DNA of 64,000 nucleotides from Escherichia coli (GTDB lineage Bacteria; Pseudomonadota; Gammaproteobacteria; Enterobacterales; Enterobacteriaceae): NCBI RefSeq assembly GCF_044324785.1, contig NZ_CP172127.1; one strand, 5' to 3'. Shown piece by piece: positions 48,830 to 59,898 of this stretch (position 1 is its first letter; each line of letters starts with the position of its first letter). The notes under the pieces were generated by a model. It saw only the letters and a program-made list of their open reading frames with translations, ran no database searches and was not told where the DNA came from. The position numbers and the translations under genes were made by a program.

Positions 48830-49513
48830 GTGAGAATAATAATAGCATTACTGATGTCATTTTTTATTTTACCTGTTCATGCCGGTGTGGTCATCTATGG
48901 TACGCGCATTATTTATCCGGAAAAAAACAGAGAAGTTCTCGTACAGTTAATGAATCAAAGTAAAAATGCCTCTTTAATTCAGGCATGGATCGATGATGGG
49001 AACACCACTATCGCGCCAGAAAAAATTCAGGTCCCATTTATTCTCACACCACCAGTAAGTCGTGTAGCAGGCGGTTCTGGCCAACAACTTAAAATAAGAA
49101 AAATGCCAAATAATTTGCCTCACAATAAAGAAAGTTTATTTTATCTAAATGTTCTGGATATCCCTCCAAACAACCCACAAAATGCAGGAAAGAACAAAAT
49201 TAAACTTGCATTGCAAAACCGTATAAAGTTACTTTGGCGTCCAAGCGGAATCGCTCCGGTAGATAAAAAAAGCCTTTCTCAATTAAATATCAAAAAGAAA
49301 AACAACGCCATCTCAATAAACAATGAAACAGCCAACTGGATAACAGTTACAACTATCAAAGCACAAAACGTGAAAGTTAATAATGAAAGTATCTTACTGC
49401 CTCCATTTTCGAATAGCGACATTACATTAAAAAATAACAACGCCTCAGAATATGAACTAACGGTAGTTGATGATTACGGGAATAACATCCATAGTAAAAT
49501 CGCCGCACGATAA
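48830..49513 (+). CDS. Periplasmic fimbrial chaperone (PapD-like)
   Basis: 227-aa ORF with signal peptide and the chaperone motifs GTRIIYPE and LIQAWIDD. Confidence 0.9.
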   Translation: MRIIIALLMSFFILPVHAGVVIYGTRIIYPEKNREVLVQLMNQSKNASLIQAWIDDGNTTIAPEKIQVPFILTPPVSRVAGGSGQQLKIRKMPNNLPHNKESLFYLNVLDIPPNNPQNAGKNKIKLALQNRIKLLWRPSGIAPVDKKSLSQLNIKKKNNAISINNETANWITVTTIKAQNVKVNNESILLPPFSNSDITLKNNNASEYELTVVDDYGNNIHSKIAAR

Positions 49514-49525
49514 CAGGAAAAAGTC

Positions 49526-51976
49526 ATGTTAAGGACGACACGATGGGTCGCTGCTATTATTTTTTTGTATTCTTTTCCGGGTTATGCTGAAGAAACTTTT
49601 GATACACACTTTATGATCGGCGGCATGAGAGGAGAAAAAGTTTCCGAATATCGTTTCGATAATAAACAACCTCTTCCGGGAAACTACGAACTTGATGTTT
49701 ATGTAAACCACCAGTGGCGTGGGAAACAAGATATCACGATCCCAGAGTCACCAGCCAAACCATGTCTGCCTAAGGTGCTACTAACCACACTGGGGGTAAA
49801 GACCGATAATCTCAATACAGAAGATAATTGTATTTTACTGGATGAAGCGGTTCATGGTGGACAATATCAGTGGGATATCAGTGAACACCGACTAAATTTA
49901 ACAGTACCACAGGCGTATATCAATGAACTTGAAAGAGGTTACGTTCCCCCGGAAAGTTGGGATCGCGGCATTGATGCTTTTTATACCTCCTATAATTTAA
50001 GTCAGTATCGCTCTTATGACAGCAATAATAACAGTAATACAGCCAGTTATGGTCGGTTTAACAGCGGATTAAATTTATTTAGTTGGCAGTTACACTCTGA
50101 TGCCAGCTATAGCAAACCTGATGATATGAAAGGCAAATGGCAAAGTAATACTCTTTACCTGGAACGTGGCTGGTCGCAGATATTAAGCACAGTTCAGATA
50201 GGAGAAAATTACACATCCTCACTCATATTCGACTCTCTGCGATTTAGCGGAATACGCTTATTTCGCGATATGCAAATGCTACCTGATTCTATGCAAAGCT
50301 TTACACCTTTAGTACAAGGTGTTGCGCAAAGTAATGCCTTGATAACGGTTTCGCAAAATGGCTATACCATTTACCAAAAAGAGGTTCCCCCGGGACCATT
50401 TACTATCGCAGATTTGCAACTTTCGGGCAGCGGCTCAGATCTCGATGTCAGCATAAAGGAAGCAGATGGTAGTGTTCGTTCCTTTTTGGTCCCCTACTCT
50501 TCCGTGCCCAATATGCTGCAACCTGGTGTTTCAAATTTCGATTTTATCGCCGGACGCAGTAAGATATATGGTGTAAAGAATCAGGAGGACTTTCTCGAGG
50601 CAAATTATATATATGGCCTCAACAATCTTTTGACACTTTATGGCGGTACGATTTTATCCGATAACTATAATGCTATAACTCTGGGAAATGGTTGGAATAC
50701 ACCGCTGGGAGCAATCTCTTTTGATGCTACCCGATCGAGTAGTAAGTTAAATAATGATATAACACACGAAGGTACGAGCTATCAGGTCGCCTATAATAAA
50801 TATCTATTGCAAACGGCTACTCACTTTAGCGTGGCCGCCTGGCGTTATGCTTCGCAGGATTACAGGACATTCAGCGACCATCTTTACGAAAATGATAAAA
50901 TAAATCATCAGAGTGACTATGACGATTTTTATGATATTGGCAGAAAAAATAGTCTTTCTGCCAATATCATGCAACCTTTATCCAATAATCTGGGAAATGT
51001 ATCATTAAGTGCGCTTTGGCGGAATTACTGGGGGCGAAGTGGAAATGCTAAAGATTACCAATTCAGTTATTCCAATAGCTGGCAACGCATCAGTTATACT
51101 TTCTCTGCCAGCCAATCCTATGATGAAAACGACAAAGAAGAGGAGCGTTTTAATCTGTTTATCTCCATTCCTTTCTACTGGGGGGATGATATTGCCAAAA
51201 CACGTCACCAAATTAACTTATCGAATTCGACCTCATTTTCCAAAGATGGCTATTCCTCCAACAATACTGGAATTACTGGCATAGCCGGTGAACATGATCA
51301 GTTAAATTATGGTATATATGTTAATCAGCAACAACAAAATAATGATACCTCGCTTGGTACGAATTTAAGCTGGAGAACTCCCATCGCCACAATAGATGGC
51401 AGCTATAGCCATTCTAAAAACGCCTGGCAAAGTGGTGGAAGTATTAGTAGTGGATTAGTTGTCTGGCCCGGTGGTATTAATATAACTAACCAGTTATCCG
51501 ATACATTTGCAATTCTGGATGCGCCTGGGTTAGAAGGCGCGCATATTAATGGACAAAAATACAACCGAACAAACAGCAAAGGCCAGGTTGTTTACGACCT
51601 GATGATACCTCATCGTGAAAACCATCTGGTACTTGATATAGCAAACAGTGAAAGTGAAACAGAATTGCAGGGCAATCGTCAAATTATTGCGCCTTACCGT
51701 GGAGCAGTTTCTTATGTGCAGTTTACAACTGACCAACGTAAGCCCTGGTATATACAGGCACTGCGTCCCGATGGTTCGCCATTAACCTTTGGCTATGACG
51801 TACTGGATCTCCAGGAAAACAATATTGGAGTCGTTGGCCAGGGTAGTCGCCTTTTTATTCGCGTAGATGAAATTCCCACTGGCATAAAAGTTGCTCTCAA
51901 TGATGAACAGAACTTATTCTGTACTATTACTTTTCAACACGTTATCGATGAAAACAAAACATATATATGCCAGTAA
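49526..51976 (+). CDS. Outer-membrane fimbrial usher
   Basis: 816-aa ORF with signal peptide; size and position typical of PapC/FimD-family ushers. Confidence 0.9.
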   Translation: MLRTTRWVAAIIFLYSFPGYAEETFDTHFMIGGMRGEKVSEYRFDNKQPLPGNYELDVYVNHQWRGKQDITIPESPAKPCLPKVLLTTLGVKTDNLNTEDNCILLDEAVHGGQYQWDISEHRLNLTVPQAYINELERGYVPPESWDRGIDAFYTSYNLSQYRSYDSNNNSNTASYGRFNSGLNLFSWQLHSDASYSKPDDMKGKWQSNTLYLERGWSQILSTVQIGENYTSSLIFDSLRFSGIRLFRDMQMLPDSMQSFTPLVQGVAQSNALITVSQNGYTIYQKEVPPGPFTIADLQLSGSGSDLDVSIKEADGSVRSFLVPYSSVPNMLQPGVSNFDFIAGRSKIYGVKNQEDFLEANYIYGLNNLLTLYGGTILSDNYNAITLGNGWNTPLGAISFDATRSSSKLNNDITHEGTSYQVAYNKYLLQTATHFSVAAWRYASQDYRTFSDHLYENDKINHQSDYDDFYDIGRKNSLSANIMQPLSNNLGNVSLSALWRNYWGRSGNAKDYQFSYSNSWQRISYTFSASQSYDENDKEEERFNLFISIPFYWGDDIAKTRHQINLSNSTSFSKDGYSSNNTGITGIAGEHDQLNYGIYVNQQQQNNDTSLGTNLSWRTPIATIDGSYSHSKNAWQSGGSISSGLVVWPGGINITNQLSDTFAILDAPGLEGAHINGQKYNRTNSKGQVVYDLMIPHRENHLVLDIANSESETELQGNRQIIAPYRGAVSYVQFTTDQRKPWYIQALRPDGSPLTFGYDVLDLQENNIGVVGQGSRLFIRVDEIPTGIKVALNDEQNLFCTITFQHVIDENKTYICQ

Positions 51977-51988
51977 AAGGAGTTTACT

Positions 51989-52948
51989 ATGAAGTGGCTT
52001 TTATTAATCACCTTGAGTCTATATTCTTTTATTGTGCAAAGTGCTCCCTGTGCATTGACCAATGTCGGTGAACAACGTGGAACATATATACTCAAGCCAC
52101 TGAGTATGAAAGGTAATCTAACCGCCGAAAAAATTGAAAACACCGGGAATATCATTGAGTGTACAGACTTGCAAGAGACGACCAACGCCATTAAAGTTCA
52201 TTTTTTAACACAGAACGCTTTAAGGTTTAAAGTCGGAAGTCGTCATTATATTATTAATTTTCCATTTGAATCTGACGGTAAAAAAATAGAGCTTCCAGGG
52301 AAGGCATCTTATAATTTAGAAGAAATACTTTTTGCGATAAATTTCACCATTCCATATTCTATCGCATCTGTATCAGATAGTTCTAACACCGCAGACATTT
52401 TTCCAGGAACTCCTTTTCCTTTGTTGTTCGAAATTGAAGTGAGTTCATGTACAGGGAATAATACTAATTGTAATAGCGTTCGCTTTAATTTTAATTTAAA
52501 TACTATTTTACAGGTAAATTTAATGACCTGTGGTTTTGAAGATCAATCCATCGACACTGGACGATTTGTACTGTCTCGTATCAATAATGAAAATTATCAG
52601 TTTCATCATATAAGATTTGACTGTATCCAGGGTGAGCAAGGTGAATTAGTTTTTGAACCCAGTGATGTTGAATATTACTTTGAGCCAGTGACGATACAGG
52701 ATTCAGGAACCAGCATATTAAAAAATGAGTTAGAAAACAGTGAGGACGGTGCGGGTCAAATAGGCTTTCAACTCTCCAATGATGGTACGAATGAAATGCA
52801 GTATGGTAAAAGCAATTACTACTCTTTTCAGCATCCCCATGAAGGAAGTAATCAGATTCCTCTATTTATTCGCCCGCGTACATATGGAACTAATGTCTCA
52901 AGCGGGCAAATAATGAGCCGAGTCAAAATCGTGGTAATGTACAACTAA
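51989..52948 (+). CDS. Fimbrial tip adhesin / minor subunit
   Basis: 319-aa ORF with signal peptide, last gene of the cluster; two-domain size typical of tip adhesins. Confidence 0.7.
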   Translation: MKWLLLITLSLYSFIVQSAPCALTNVGEQRGTYILKPLSMKGNLTAEKIENTGNIIECTDLQETTNAIKVHFLTQNALRFKVGSRHYIINFPFESDGKKIELPGKASYNLEEILFAINFTIPYSIASVSDSSNTADIFPGTPFPLLFEIEVSSCTGNNTNCNSVRFNFNLNTILQVNLMTCGFEDQSIDTGRFVLSRINNENYQFHHIRFDCIQGEQGELVFEPSDVEYYFEPVTIQDSGTSILKNELENSEDGAGQIGFQLSNDGTNEMQYGKSNYYSFQHPHEGSNQIPLFIRPRTYGTNVSSGQIMSRVKIVVMYN

Positions 52949-52985
52949 TCTATCTCCCCCACCTTAACTTTGGGGGAGCTGCCGA

Positions 52986-53891
52986 TTAACGTGCCGCTGG
53001 GCTAAAAAGCGCAGAATAATCCGTATTGCAGATTCGCTGTACCGCCGGGTGCTGAATCATCCGCTCAGCAAAAATAGCATGGTACTCTTCCATCACATTT
53101 TCGACGCGACCAATTTCTACGACAGTTTTATCGGCATAAAAGTCATATGCATAAAGCGTTGGGGCAACGAAGATTGCATTGTGCATCGCACCAAAAGCTT
53201 TCATCAACGCGGCATCATCAAACTCGCCGAGGATTTCTACGTTTAATCCCTGGGAGTTAAACCAGTTAAGCAATTTGCGCCCTAACATTGAACGTCGCCC
53301 AGGAATCAAAAGCCGCCGTTCTTCCAGACAAGCCGGGAACGGTTTTTCCGGTGGTGGATTTGTACACCAGAAACTCACGCCACATTCGCCAATTCTCACG
53401 GAGAACAGACCTTCCTGCTGCGTAGAATCTATCGGACAGTCGGAAATGATCATATCCAGTTTATGCTGACTTAATTGCTCCAGCAGCATTTCGTGGGTGG
53501 ATTCGAAGCAGCGAAGATGAATCGGCTCGCCTTCTACCACTGCGGCGTTAAGTACGCTACTGACCAGGCGTTTAGAAAGTGCATCAGCCACGCCAACGTC
53601 AAACAATAAATTGGATTCTTTGCGATAGTTCACAATATCCAGCATTTCCTGGCTTAAGGTGAACATTTTATCGGCATAGCGATAGACCAGCTCTCCCAGC
53701 TCGCTGGGTTCGAGACCACGTCCCTTGCGTTTAAATAATTTGCCTTGCAGGCGCTCTTCCAGCGCCCGAATCTGTCCGGTAATGGTTTGTGGTGTTAAAT
53801 AAAGCGCCTCCGCTGCGCCAACCACGGAACCTTCTTTATAGACATGCCAGAAGTAATACAAGTGGTTGTAATTGATATGAGACATGCTCAT
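52986..53891 (-). CDS. nhaR: LysR-family transcriptional activator of nhaA
   Basis: 301-aa product starting [17 protein letters not shown] (LysR HTH); the ORF-track start at 53909 is an extension. Confidence 0.96.
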   Translation of the reverse strand: MSMSHINYNHLYYFWHVYKEGSVVGAAEALYLTPQTITGQIRALEERLQGKLFKRKGRGLEPSELGELVYRYADKMFTLSQEMLDIVNYRKESNLLFDVGVADALSKRLVSSVLNAAVVEGEPIHLRCFESTHEMLLEQLSQHKLDMIISDCPIDSTQQEGLFSVRIGECGVSFWCTNPPPEKPFPACLEERRLLIPGRRSMLGRKLLNWFNSQGLNVEILGEFDDAALMKAFGAMHNAIFVAPTLYAYDFYADKTVVEIGRVENVMEEYHAIFAERMIQHPAVQRICNTDYSALFSPAAR

Positions 53892-53950
53892 TTCTCTCCC
53901 TGATAACAATGAAAAGGGAGCCGTTTATGGCTCCCCGGTAAACCGTCCTG

Positions 53951-55117
53951 TCACACTGATGGACGCAAACGAACGCGTAACCAGCTGTATCCAATTACCG
54001 CCGAAGAGATAGAACCGACCAGGATACCGAGTTTCGCCCAGTTAATCAGTTCTGGATCTACGCTACCAAAGGCCAGGCTGGCAATAAAGATAGACATAGT
54101 AAAACCGATACCGCACAGGATCCCCACCGCCATAATTTGCTGATAAGTCGTTCCCTCAGGCAGATGCGCCAGTTTCAAACGCAGCGCCAACCAGCAGAAC
54201 AGACTAATCCCCAGCGGTTTGCCAATCAGCAAGCCAGCGATGATCCCCAATGGCAGAATGGAGGTCAAACCATCCAGCGTGACGCCTTGCAGTGAAACGC
54301 CAGCATTAGCAAATGCAAACAGCGGTAAAATCAGATACGCCACCCACGGGTGCAACACATGCTCCAGTCGCTTCGCTGGAGAACGCCCATGCTTCTCTTT
54401 CAAAGGAATAAAGAAGCCGACAATTACCCCCGCCAGGGTTGCGTGAACTCCCGATTTCAACACCGCAGTCCACAACACCACGCCAACCAGAATATAAACG
54501 CCCGTGCGGCGTACACCACACAGATTCAATACCGCGAGTACCGCAATTGCTACAGCAGCGACACCAAGAGAGGCCATCGATAAGTCATTAGTGTAGAACA
54601 ATGCGATGATAATGATGGCCCCAAGATCGTCGATAATAGCCAGAGCCATCAAAAAGATCTTCAGCGCTAACGGAACACGACTTCCCAACAGCGCCAGCAC
54701 ACCAAGTGCAAAAGCAATGTCAGTAGCCGCCGGGATCGCCCACCCTTCGCGGGTAATCGGATCGGCATAGTTAAAGGCCAGATAGAGCAATGCCGGCACA
54801 ATCATCCCACCAATAGCGGCGATAACTGGAAATGCGGCCTGGCGTAAGCTGGCTAGCGATCCTTGCATCAGTTCACGTTTAACTTCCAGACCGACTAACA
54901 GGAAAAATACCGCCATCAGCGCGTCATTTATCCATAACAGCATGTTTTTGTTGATTTCGAGTGAACCAACCCGGAGCTGAACCGGCGTCTCCAGAAAGTC
55001 GTGATACCATCCACTGGTTGCGCCGCTGTTGGCCATAATCATCGCCAGGATAGCGGCAATGATAAGAATAATGCCTCCCGAGGCATCACTGCTAAAGAAT
55101 CGATGCAGATGTTTCAC
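53951..55117 (-). CDS. nhaA: Na+/H+ antiporter NhaA
   Basis: 388-aa polytopic ORF starting [19 protein letters not shown]. Confidence 0.97.
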   Translation of the reverse strand: MKHLHRFFSSDASGGIILIIAAILAMIMANSGATSGWYHDFLETPVQLRVGSLEINKNMLLWINDALMAVFFLLVGLEVKRELMQGSLASLRQAAFPVIAAIGGMIVPALLYLAFNYADPITREGWAIPAATDIAFALGVLALLGSRVPLALKIFLMALAIIDDLGAIIIIALFYTNDLSMASLGVAAVAIAVLAVLNLCGVRRTGVYILVGVVLWTAVLKSGVHATLAGVIVGFFIPLKEKHGRSPAKRLEHVLHPWVAYLILPLFAFANAGVSLQGVTLDGLTSILPLGIIAGLLIGKPLGISLFCWLALRLKLAHLPEGTTYQQIMAVGILCGIGFTMSIFIASLAFGSVDPELINWAKLGILVGSISSAVIGYSWLRVRLRPSV

Positions 55118-55589
55118 TTTTTATTTCTCTTTCAGGTGAATAGATCGTTTTTACTATCTTACCCCGCACGAATCATCGTTAAAATCAGATTATAGTGTAG
55201 GAATAATTCGTTTTTTACGAACCATTGAAGGATTTGTGCCATCAGCGATGAGATGAGTTTTTGACGGCTGTAAGCGCTCACAAGTGACCCTAAGCCCTGA
55301 TAATCATAGCTTAAGGTGAGGATTCCTGAGGGATTAATTAGGAAAAGTAATAATTAATTTGTTGTCAGTCGGCGATGTTTGTTAGGCCAATATTTCAAAA
55401 ATAATCCAGCTTGTCGTCAATAATTGCGATGAAGAGATAAATTAAAGTTAAATAATTAAATCATTAAAAAATTACGCCATAAAAATGCGAGGCGTCTTCA
55501 GGATTAGAATCGATAAAACAGAATGGGTTAAAGAGAGCGATATAATAGCGGCGGGTGCTTGAGGCTGTCTGTCTCAGGCATTAGCTGAA

Positions 55590-55660
55590 CGGCAGATAGA
55601 GAAAAGCCCCGAGTGATATTTTACCATCAACCCGAGGCCCCCTATATGCTGAACACATGT
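55590..55660 (-). ncRNA. sokC: Predicted SokC antisense RNA (approximate position)
   Basis: Placed by analogy with hok/sok loci, antisense to the mokC 5' region; boundaries not determinable from sequence alone. Confidence 0.35.
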
Positions 55661-55855
55661 AGAGTGCCTCTTACTGACCGTAAGGTCAAGGAGAAGAGAG
55701 CAATGAAGCAGCATAAGGCGATGATTGTCGCCCTGATCGTCATCTGTATCACCGCTGTAGTGGCGGCGCTGGTAACGAGAAAAGACCTCTGTGAGGTTCA
55801 CATCCGAACTGGCCAGACGGAGGTTGCTGTTTTCACGGCTTACGAATCCGAGTAA
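55646..55855 (+). CDS. mokC: MokC, overlapping reading frame that modulates hokC translation (type I TA)
   Basis: 69-codon frame MLNTCRVPLTDRKVKEKRAMKQHK… ending at the hokC stop. Confidence 0.7.
   Translation: MLNTCRVPLTDRKVKEKRAMKQHKAMIVALIVICITAVVAALVTRKDLCEVHIRTGQTEVAVFTAYESE
55703..55855 (+). CDS. hokC: Hok-family membrane toxin HokC (type I toxin)
   Basis: 50-aa product MKQHKAMIVALIVICITAVVAALVTRKDLCEVHIRTGQTEVAVFTAYESE; classic Hok sequence. Confidence 0.9.
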   Translation: MKQHKAMIVALIVICITAVVAALVTRKDLCEVHIRTGQTEVAVFTAYESE

Positions 55856-55958
55856 GAGCAACGGCGGGGAGTGATCCCCGCCACTTTACAGGTGCTCGCA
55901 TATCTTCAACGCACCCTGGTTTTACCCAGGCCTGCCCACGGGCAGGCTTTTGGGGAGG

Positions 55959-57089
55959 TTAGCGGGTCAGGTCGTCAAAAAACTTCTTCACACCATCAAA
56001 GAAGCTCTTTGAGCGCGGGCTGTTGTGCTCGCCGGTTGGGCCACCGAAGCTTTCTTGCAGCTCTTGCAGCAGCTGTTTCTGCTTCTCGTTCAGGCCTACC
56101 GGTGTTTCGACGACAACGCGGCACAGCAAATCACCCTGTGCGCCACCGCGGACAGACTTGACGCCTTTACCGCGCATACGGAACAGCTTACCGGTCTGGG
56201 TTTCGCCAGGCACTTTCAGTTTGACGCGACCATCAAGGGTCGGTACTTCGATTTCGCCACCCAGCGCTGCCATAGCGAAGTTGATCGGGACTTCGCAATA
56301 CAGGTTGTTACCTTCACGCTCGAAAATCGGGTGCTGTTTAACCTGAACCTGAACGTACAGATCGCCTGCCGGTGCGCCATGCTCGCCCGCTTCACCTTCG
56401 CCCGCAAGACGGATGCGGTCTCCAGTGTCCACTCCTGCCGGGATTTTAACGGACAGCGTTTTGCTGCGCTCAACACGACCATGACCATGACATTTGTTGC
56501 ACGGATCTTTGATCAGCGTACCACGGCCCTGACAGTGTGGACAGGTCTGCTGTACAGCGAAGAAGCCCTGGCGCATCTGCACCTGACCAGAACCATGACA
56601 GGTCGGACAGGTCTGCGGCTGTGTACCTGGTTTTGCACCGCTACCGTGGCAAACGTCACACTCTTCCAGAGTCGGAATGCGGATCTCTTTGGTCACGCCA
56701 CGTACAGCTTCTTCGAGGGTGAGCTCCATGTTATAGCGTAAATCAGCACCGCGCGCCGCACGTTGACGACCACGCCCGCCGCCAAAAATATCGCCGAAAA
56801 CGTCACCAAAAATATCGCTGAAGTCTGCGCCGCCGCCAAAACCGCCGCCGCCCATGCCACCTTGCTCAAACGCAGCATGACCATACTGATCGTATGCCGC
56901 ACGTTTTTGCGAGTCGGTCAGAACTTCATAAGCTTCCTTGATCTCTTTAAATTTCGCCTCGGCCTCTTTGTCACCCTGGTTACGGTCCGGGTGGTATTTC
57001 ATGGCCAGGCGTTTGTAGGCCTTTTTGATTTCACGCTCTTCCGCTGTTTTGGAAACGCCTAAAATCTCGTAATAATCTTGCTTAGCCAT
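55959..57089 (-). CDS. dnaJ: Chaperone DnaJ (Hsp40)
   Basis: 376-aa product starting [13 protein letters not shown] domain HPD, G/F region, four CxxCxGxG zinc-finger repeats. Confidence 0.98.
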
Positions 57090-57177
57090 CTTTTTTAAAT
57101 TGCCCCTAGATGAATGCACGGGCGGAGAGGAAATACCCCTTCGCCCGTGTCAGTATAATTACCCGTTTATAGGGCGA

Positions 57178-59094
57178 TTATTTTTTGTCTTTGACTTCTT
57201 CAAATTCAGCGTCGACAACATCGTCATCTTTCGCGTTGTTTGCAGAAGCATCAGCACCGGCAGTCTGCTGCTGGGCATGTTGCTGCTGGGCGATTTCCAT
57301 CAGTTTCTGGGAAACCTGTGCCAGTTCCTGCATTTTCGCTTCGATAGCGGCTTTGTCTTCACCTTTCAGAGCAGTTTCCAGTGCAGTCAGCGCAGACTCG
57401 ATAGCAGTTTTGTCGTCAGCCGGCAGTTTGTCGCCTGCTTCTTCAACCTGCTTACGGGTGCTGTGCAGCAGATGGTCGCCCTGGTTGCGAGTCTGTACCA
57501 GCTCTTCAAACTTACGGTCAGCTTCGGCGTTAGCTTCTGCGTCGCGTACCATTTTCTGGATTTCATCTTCGTTCAGACCAGAAGAAGCCTTGATGGTGAT
57601 CTTCTGCTCTTTACCGCTGTTTTTATCTTTCGCGGAAACGTGCAGGATACCGTCAGCATCGATATCGAAGGTAACTTCGATCTGCGGCATGCCGCGCGGT
57701 GCCGGGTTGATACCATCCAGGTTGAACTGACCCAGAGATTTGTTATCAGCTGCACGTTTACGTTCACCCTGCAGCACATGGATGGTTACCGCAGACTGGT
57801 TGTCTTCAGCGGTAGAGAACACCTGGCTGTGCTTGGTCGGGATAGTGGTGTTTTTCGCGATCAGCGTCGTCATCACACCGCCCATGGTTTCGATACCCAG
57901 AGACAGCGGGGTAACGTCCAGCAGCAGTACGTCTTTTACGTCACCAGTCAGAACACCACCCTGAACAGCAGCACCGATTGCTACAGCTTCGTCCGGGTTA
58001 ACGTCTTTACGCGGCTCTTTACCAAAGAACTCAGCAACTTTCTTCTGAACCATTGGCATACGAGTCTGACCACCCACGAGGATAACGTCGTCGATATCAG
58101 ATACGGACAGGCCAGCGTCCTGCAGTGCAACTTTCAGCGGCTCAATGGAACGGTTTACCAGATCTTCAACCAGGCTTTCCAGTTTCGCACGAGTCACTTT
58201 GATGTTCATGTGTTTCGGACCGGTCGCGTCTGCAGTGATGTACGGCAGGTTAACGTCGGTCTGCTGAGCGGAAGACAGTTCGATTTTCGCTTTTTCTGCC
58301 GCTTCTTTCAGGCGTTGCATTGCCAGCGGATCGTTGCGCAGGTCAATGCCCTGATCTTTCTTGAATTCTTCAACCAGGTAGTTGATCAGACGGCTGTCGA
58401 AGTCTTCACCACCCAGGTGGGTATCACCGTTGGTTGCCAGAACTTCGAAGGTTTTTTCGCCGTCAACTTCGTCGATTTCGATAATAGAAATATCGAAAGT
58501 ACCACCACCCAGGTCATAAACCGCGATAGTACGGTTGCCAGTACCTTTGTCCAGACCGTAAGCCAGCGCAGCTGCGGTCGGTTCGTTGATGATACGTTTT
58601 ACTTCCAGACCAGCGATACGGCCTGCGTCTTTGGTTGCCTGACGCTGAGCATCGTTAAAGTATGCCGGTACGGTGATAACAGCTTCAGTTACCGGTTCAC
58701 CCAGGTAATCTTCAGCGGTTTTCTTCATTTTTTTCAGCACTTCAGCAGAGATCTGCGGCGGTGCCATTTTCTGGCCTTTAACTTCGACCCATGCGTCGCC
58801 GTTATCAGCAGCAATAATTTTGAACGGCATGATGGAAACATCACGCTGTACTTCTTCGTCCTGGAAGCGGCGGCCAATCAGGCGTTTAATCGCAAACAGG
58901 GTGTTTTGCGGGTTCGTCACTGCCTGACGTTTAGCCGGCTGACCAACCAGAGTTTCACCATCCTGGGTATAGGCAATGATAGAAGGCGTGGTGCGATCGC
59001 CTTCGGCGTTCTCCAGTACACGAGGAGTGGTGCCATCCATAATCGCTACACAAGAGTTGGTAGTACCCAGGTCGATACCAATTATTTTACCCAT
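57178..59094 (-). CDS. dnaK: Chaperone DnaK (Hsp70)
   Basis: 638-aa [24 protein letters not shown]…; Hsp70 signatures throughout. Confidence 0.99.
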
Positions 59095-59140
59095 CTAAAC
59101 GTCTCCACTATATATTCGGTCATCATGTGGTTGTGAGTCT

Positions 59141-59245
59141 GTAATAGGGGCGAAACGTCTGATTTCAACTGCCCAATTTCATTTTTTGCAGACTCACTCA
59201 CTGCGGTTGACTACTAAATGGGGTCGTAACCCACGTCATCAAGGG
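59141..59245 (-). promoter_or_regulatory. dnaK sigma-32 heat-shock promoters P1 and P2
   Basis: Minus strand: cccccTTGATGacgtgggttacgaCCCCATTTA (P1) and gcagTTGAAAtcagacgtttcgCCCCTATTA (P2), matching the sigma-32 consensus TTGAAA-N13/14-CCCCATNT. Confidence 0.85.
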
Positions 59246-59468
59246 GGAGATGCAAAAATTTTTTGTGCTTTTGCGCAGAAATTTCGCGATATGCCAGAAC
59301 AAGACATGAAACTGACAGCATTTTTATTCATATAGAGAATGAATGGCAGCCAAGACATTCACAGAAAAATTGTAATAAAAAGAAAATATTACGTACCTGA
59401 ATCTTCTCTTTATCAGCAGTAAACTAGTGGGTATTCATCCCCTACCTCTCCCCACTAAGAGAATCCTT

Positions 59469-59873
59469 ATGAAATCCGTTTTTACGCTTTCCGCCAGCCT
59501 GGCGATTAGCCTGCTGCTGTGCTGCACAGCGCAGGCAAACAACCATAAAATCCTCGGCGTCATTGCGATGCCGCGTAACGAAACCAACGATCTGGCGCTG
59601 AAACTTCCTGTTTGTCGCATTGTTAAACGCATTCAACTCACTGCCGACCATGGCGATTTACAGTTAAGTGGTGCATCGGTTTCTTTCAAAGCCGCCCGTA
59701 GCGCCAGTCAGAGTCTGAATATTCCTTCAGAAATAAAAGAAGGGAAAACCACTGACTGGATCAACATTAACAGTGATAACGACAATAAACGCTGCATCTC
59801 AAAAATCACCTTTTCCGGTCATACGGTGAACTCATCGGATATGGCCACGCTGAAAATTATCGGCGACGACTAA
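59469..59873 (+). CDS. yaaI: UPF0412 protein YaaI (secreted, DUF2541)
   Basis: 134-aa product starting [23 protein letters not shown] (signal peptide); position next to dnaK. Confidence 0.9.
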   Translation: MKSVFTLSASLAISLLLCCTAQANNHKILGVIAMPRNETNDLALKLPVCRIVKRIQLTADHGDLQLSGASVSFKAARSASQSLNIPSEIKEGKTTDWININSDNDNKRCISKITFSGHTVNSSDMATLKIIGDD

Positions 59874-59898
59874 CGCCAGAATATAGAAACCACAAAAA

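Noticed and set aside
57100-59136. 678-codon plus-strand ORF exactly antisense to dnaK
   Set aside because: Long stop-free antisense frames are a known by-product of the strongly biased codon usage of Hsp70 genes. The frame has no SD or plausible start context and a low-complexity product, so it is not called as a gene.
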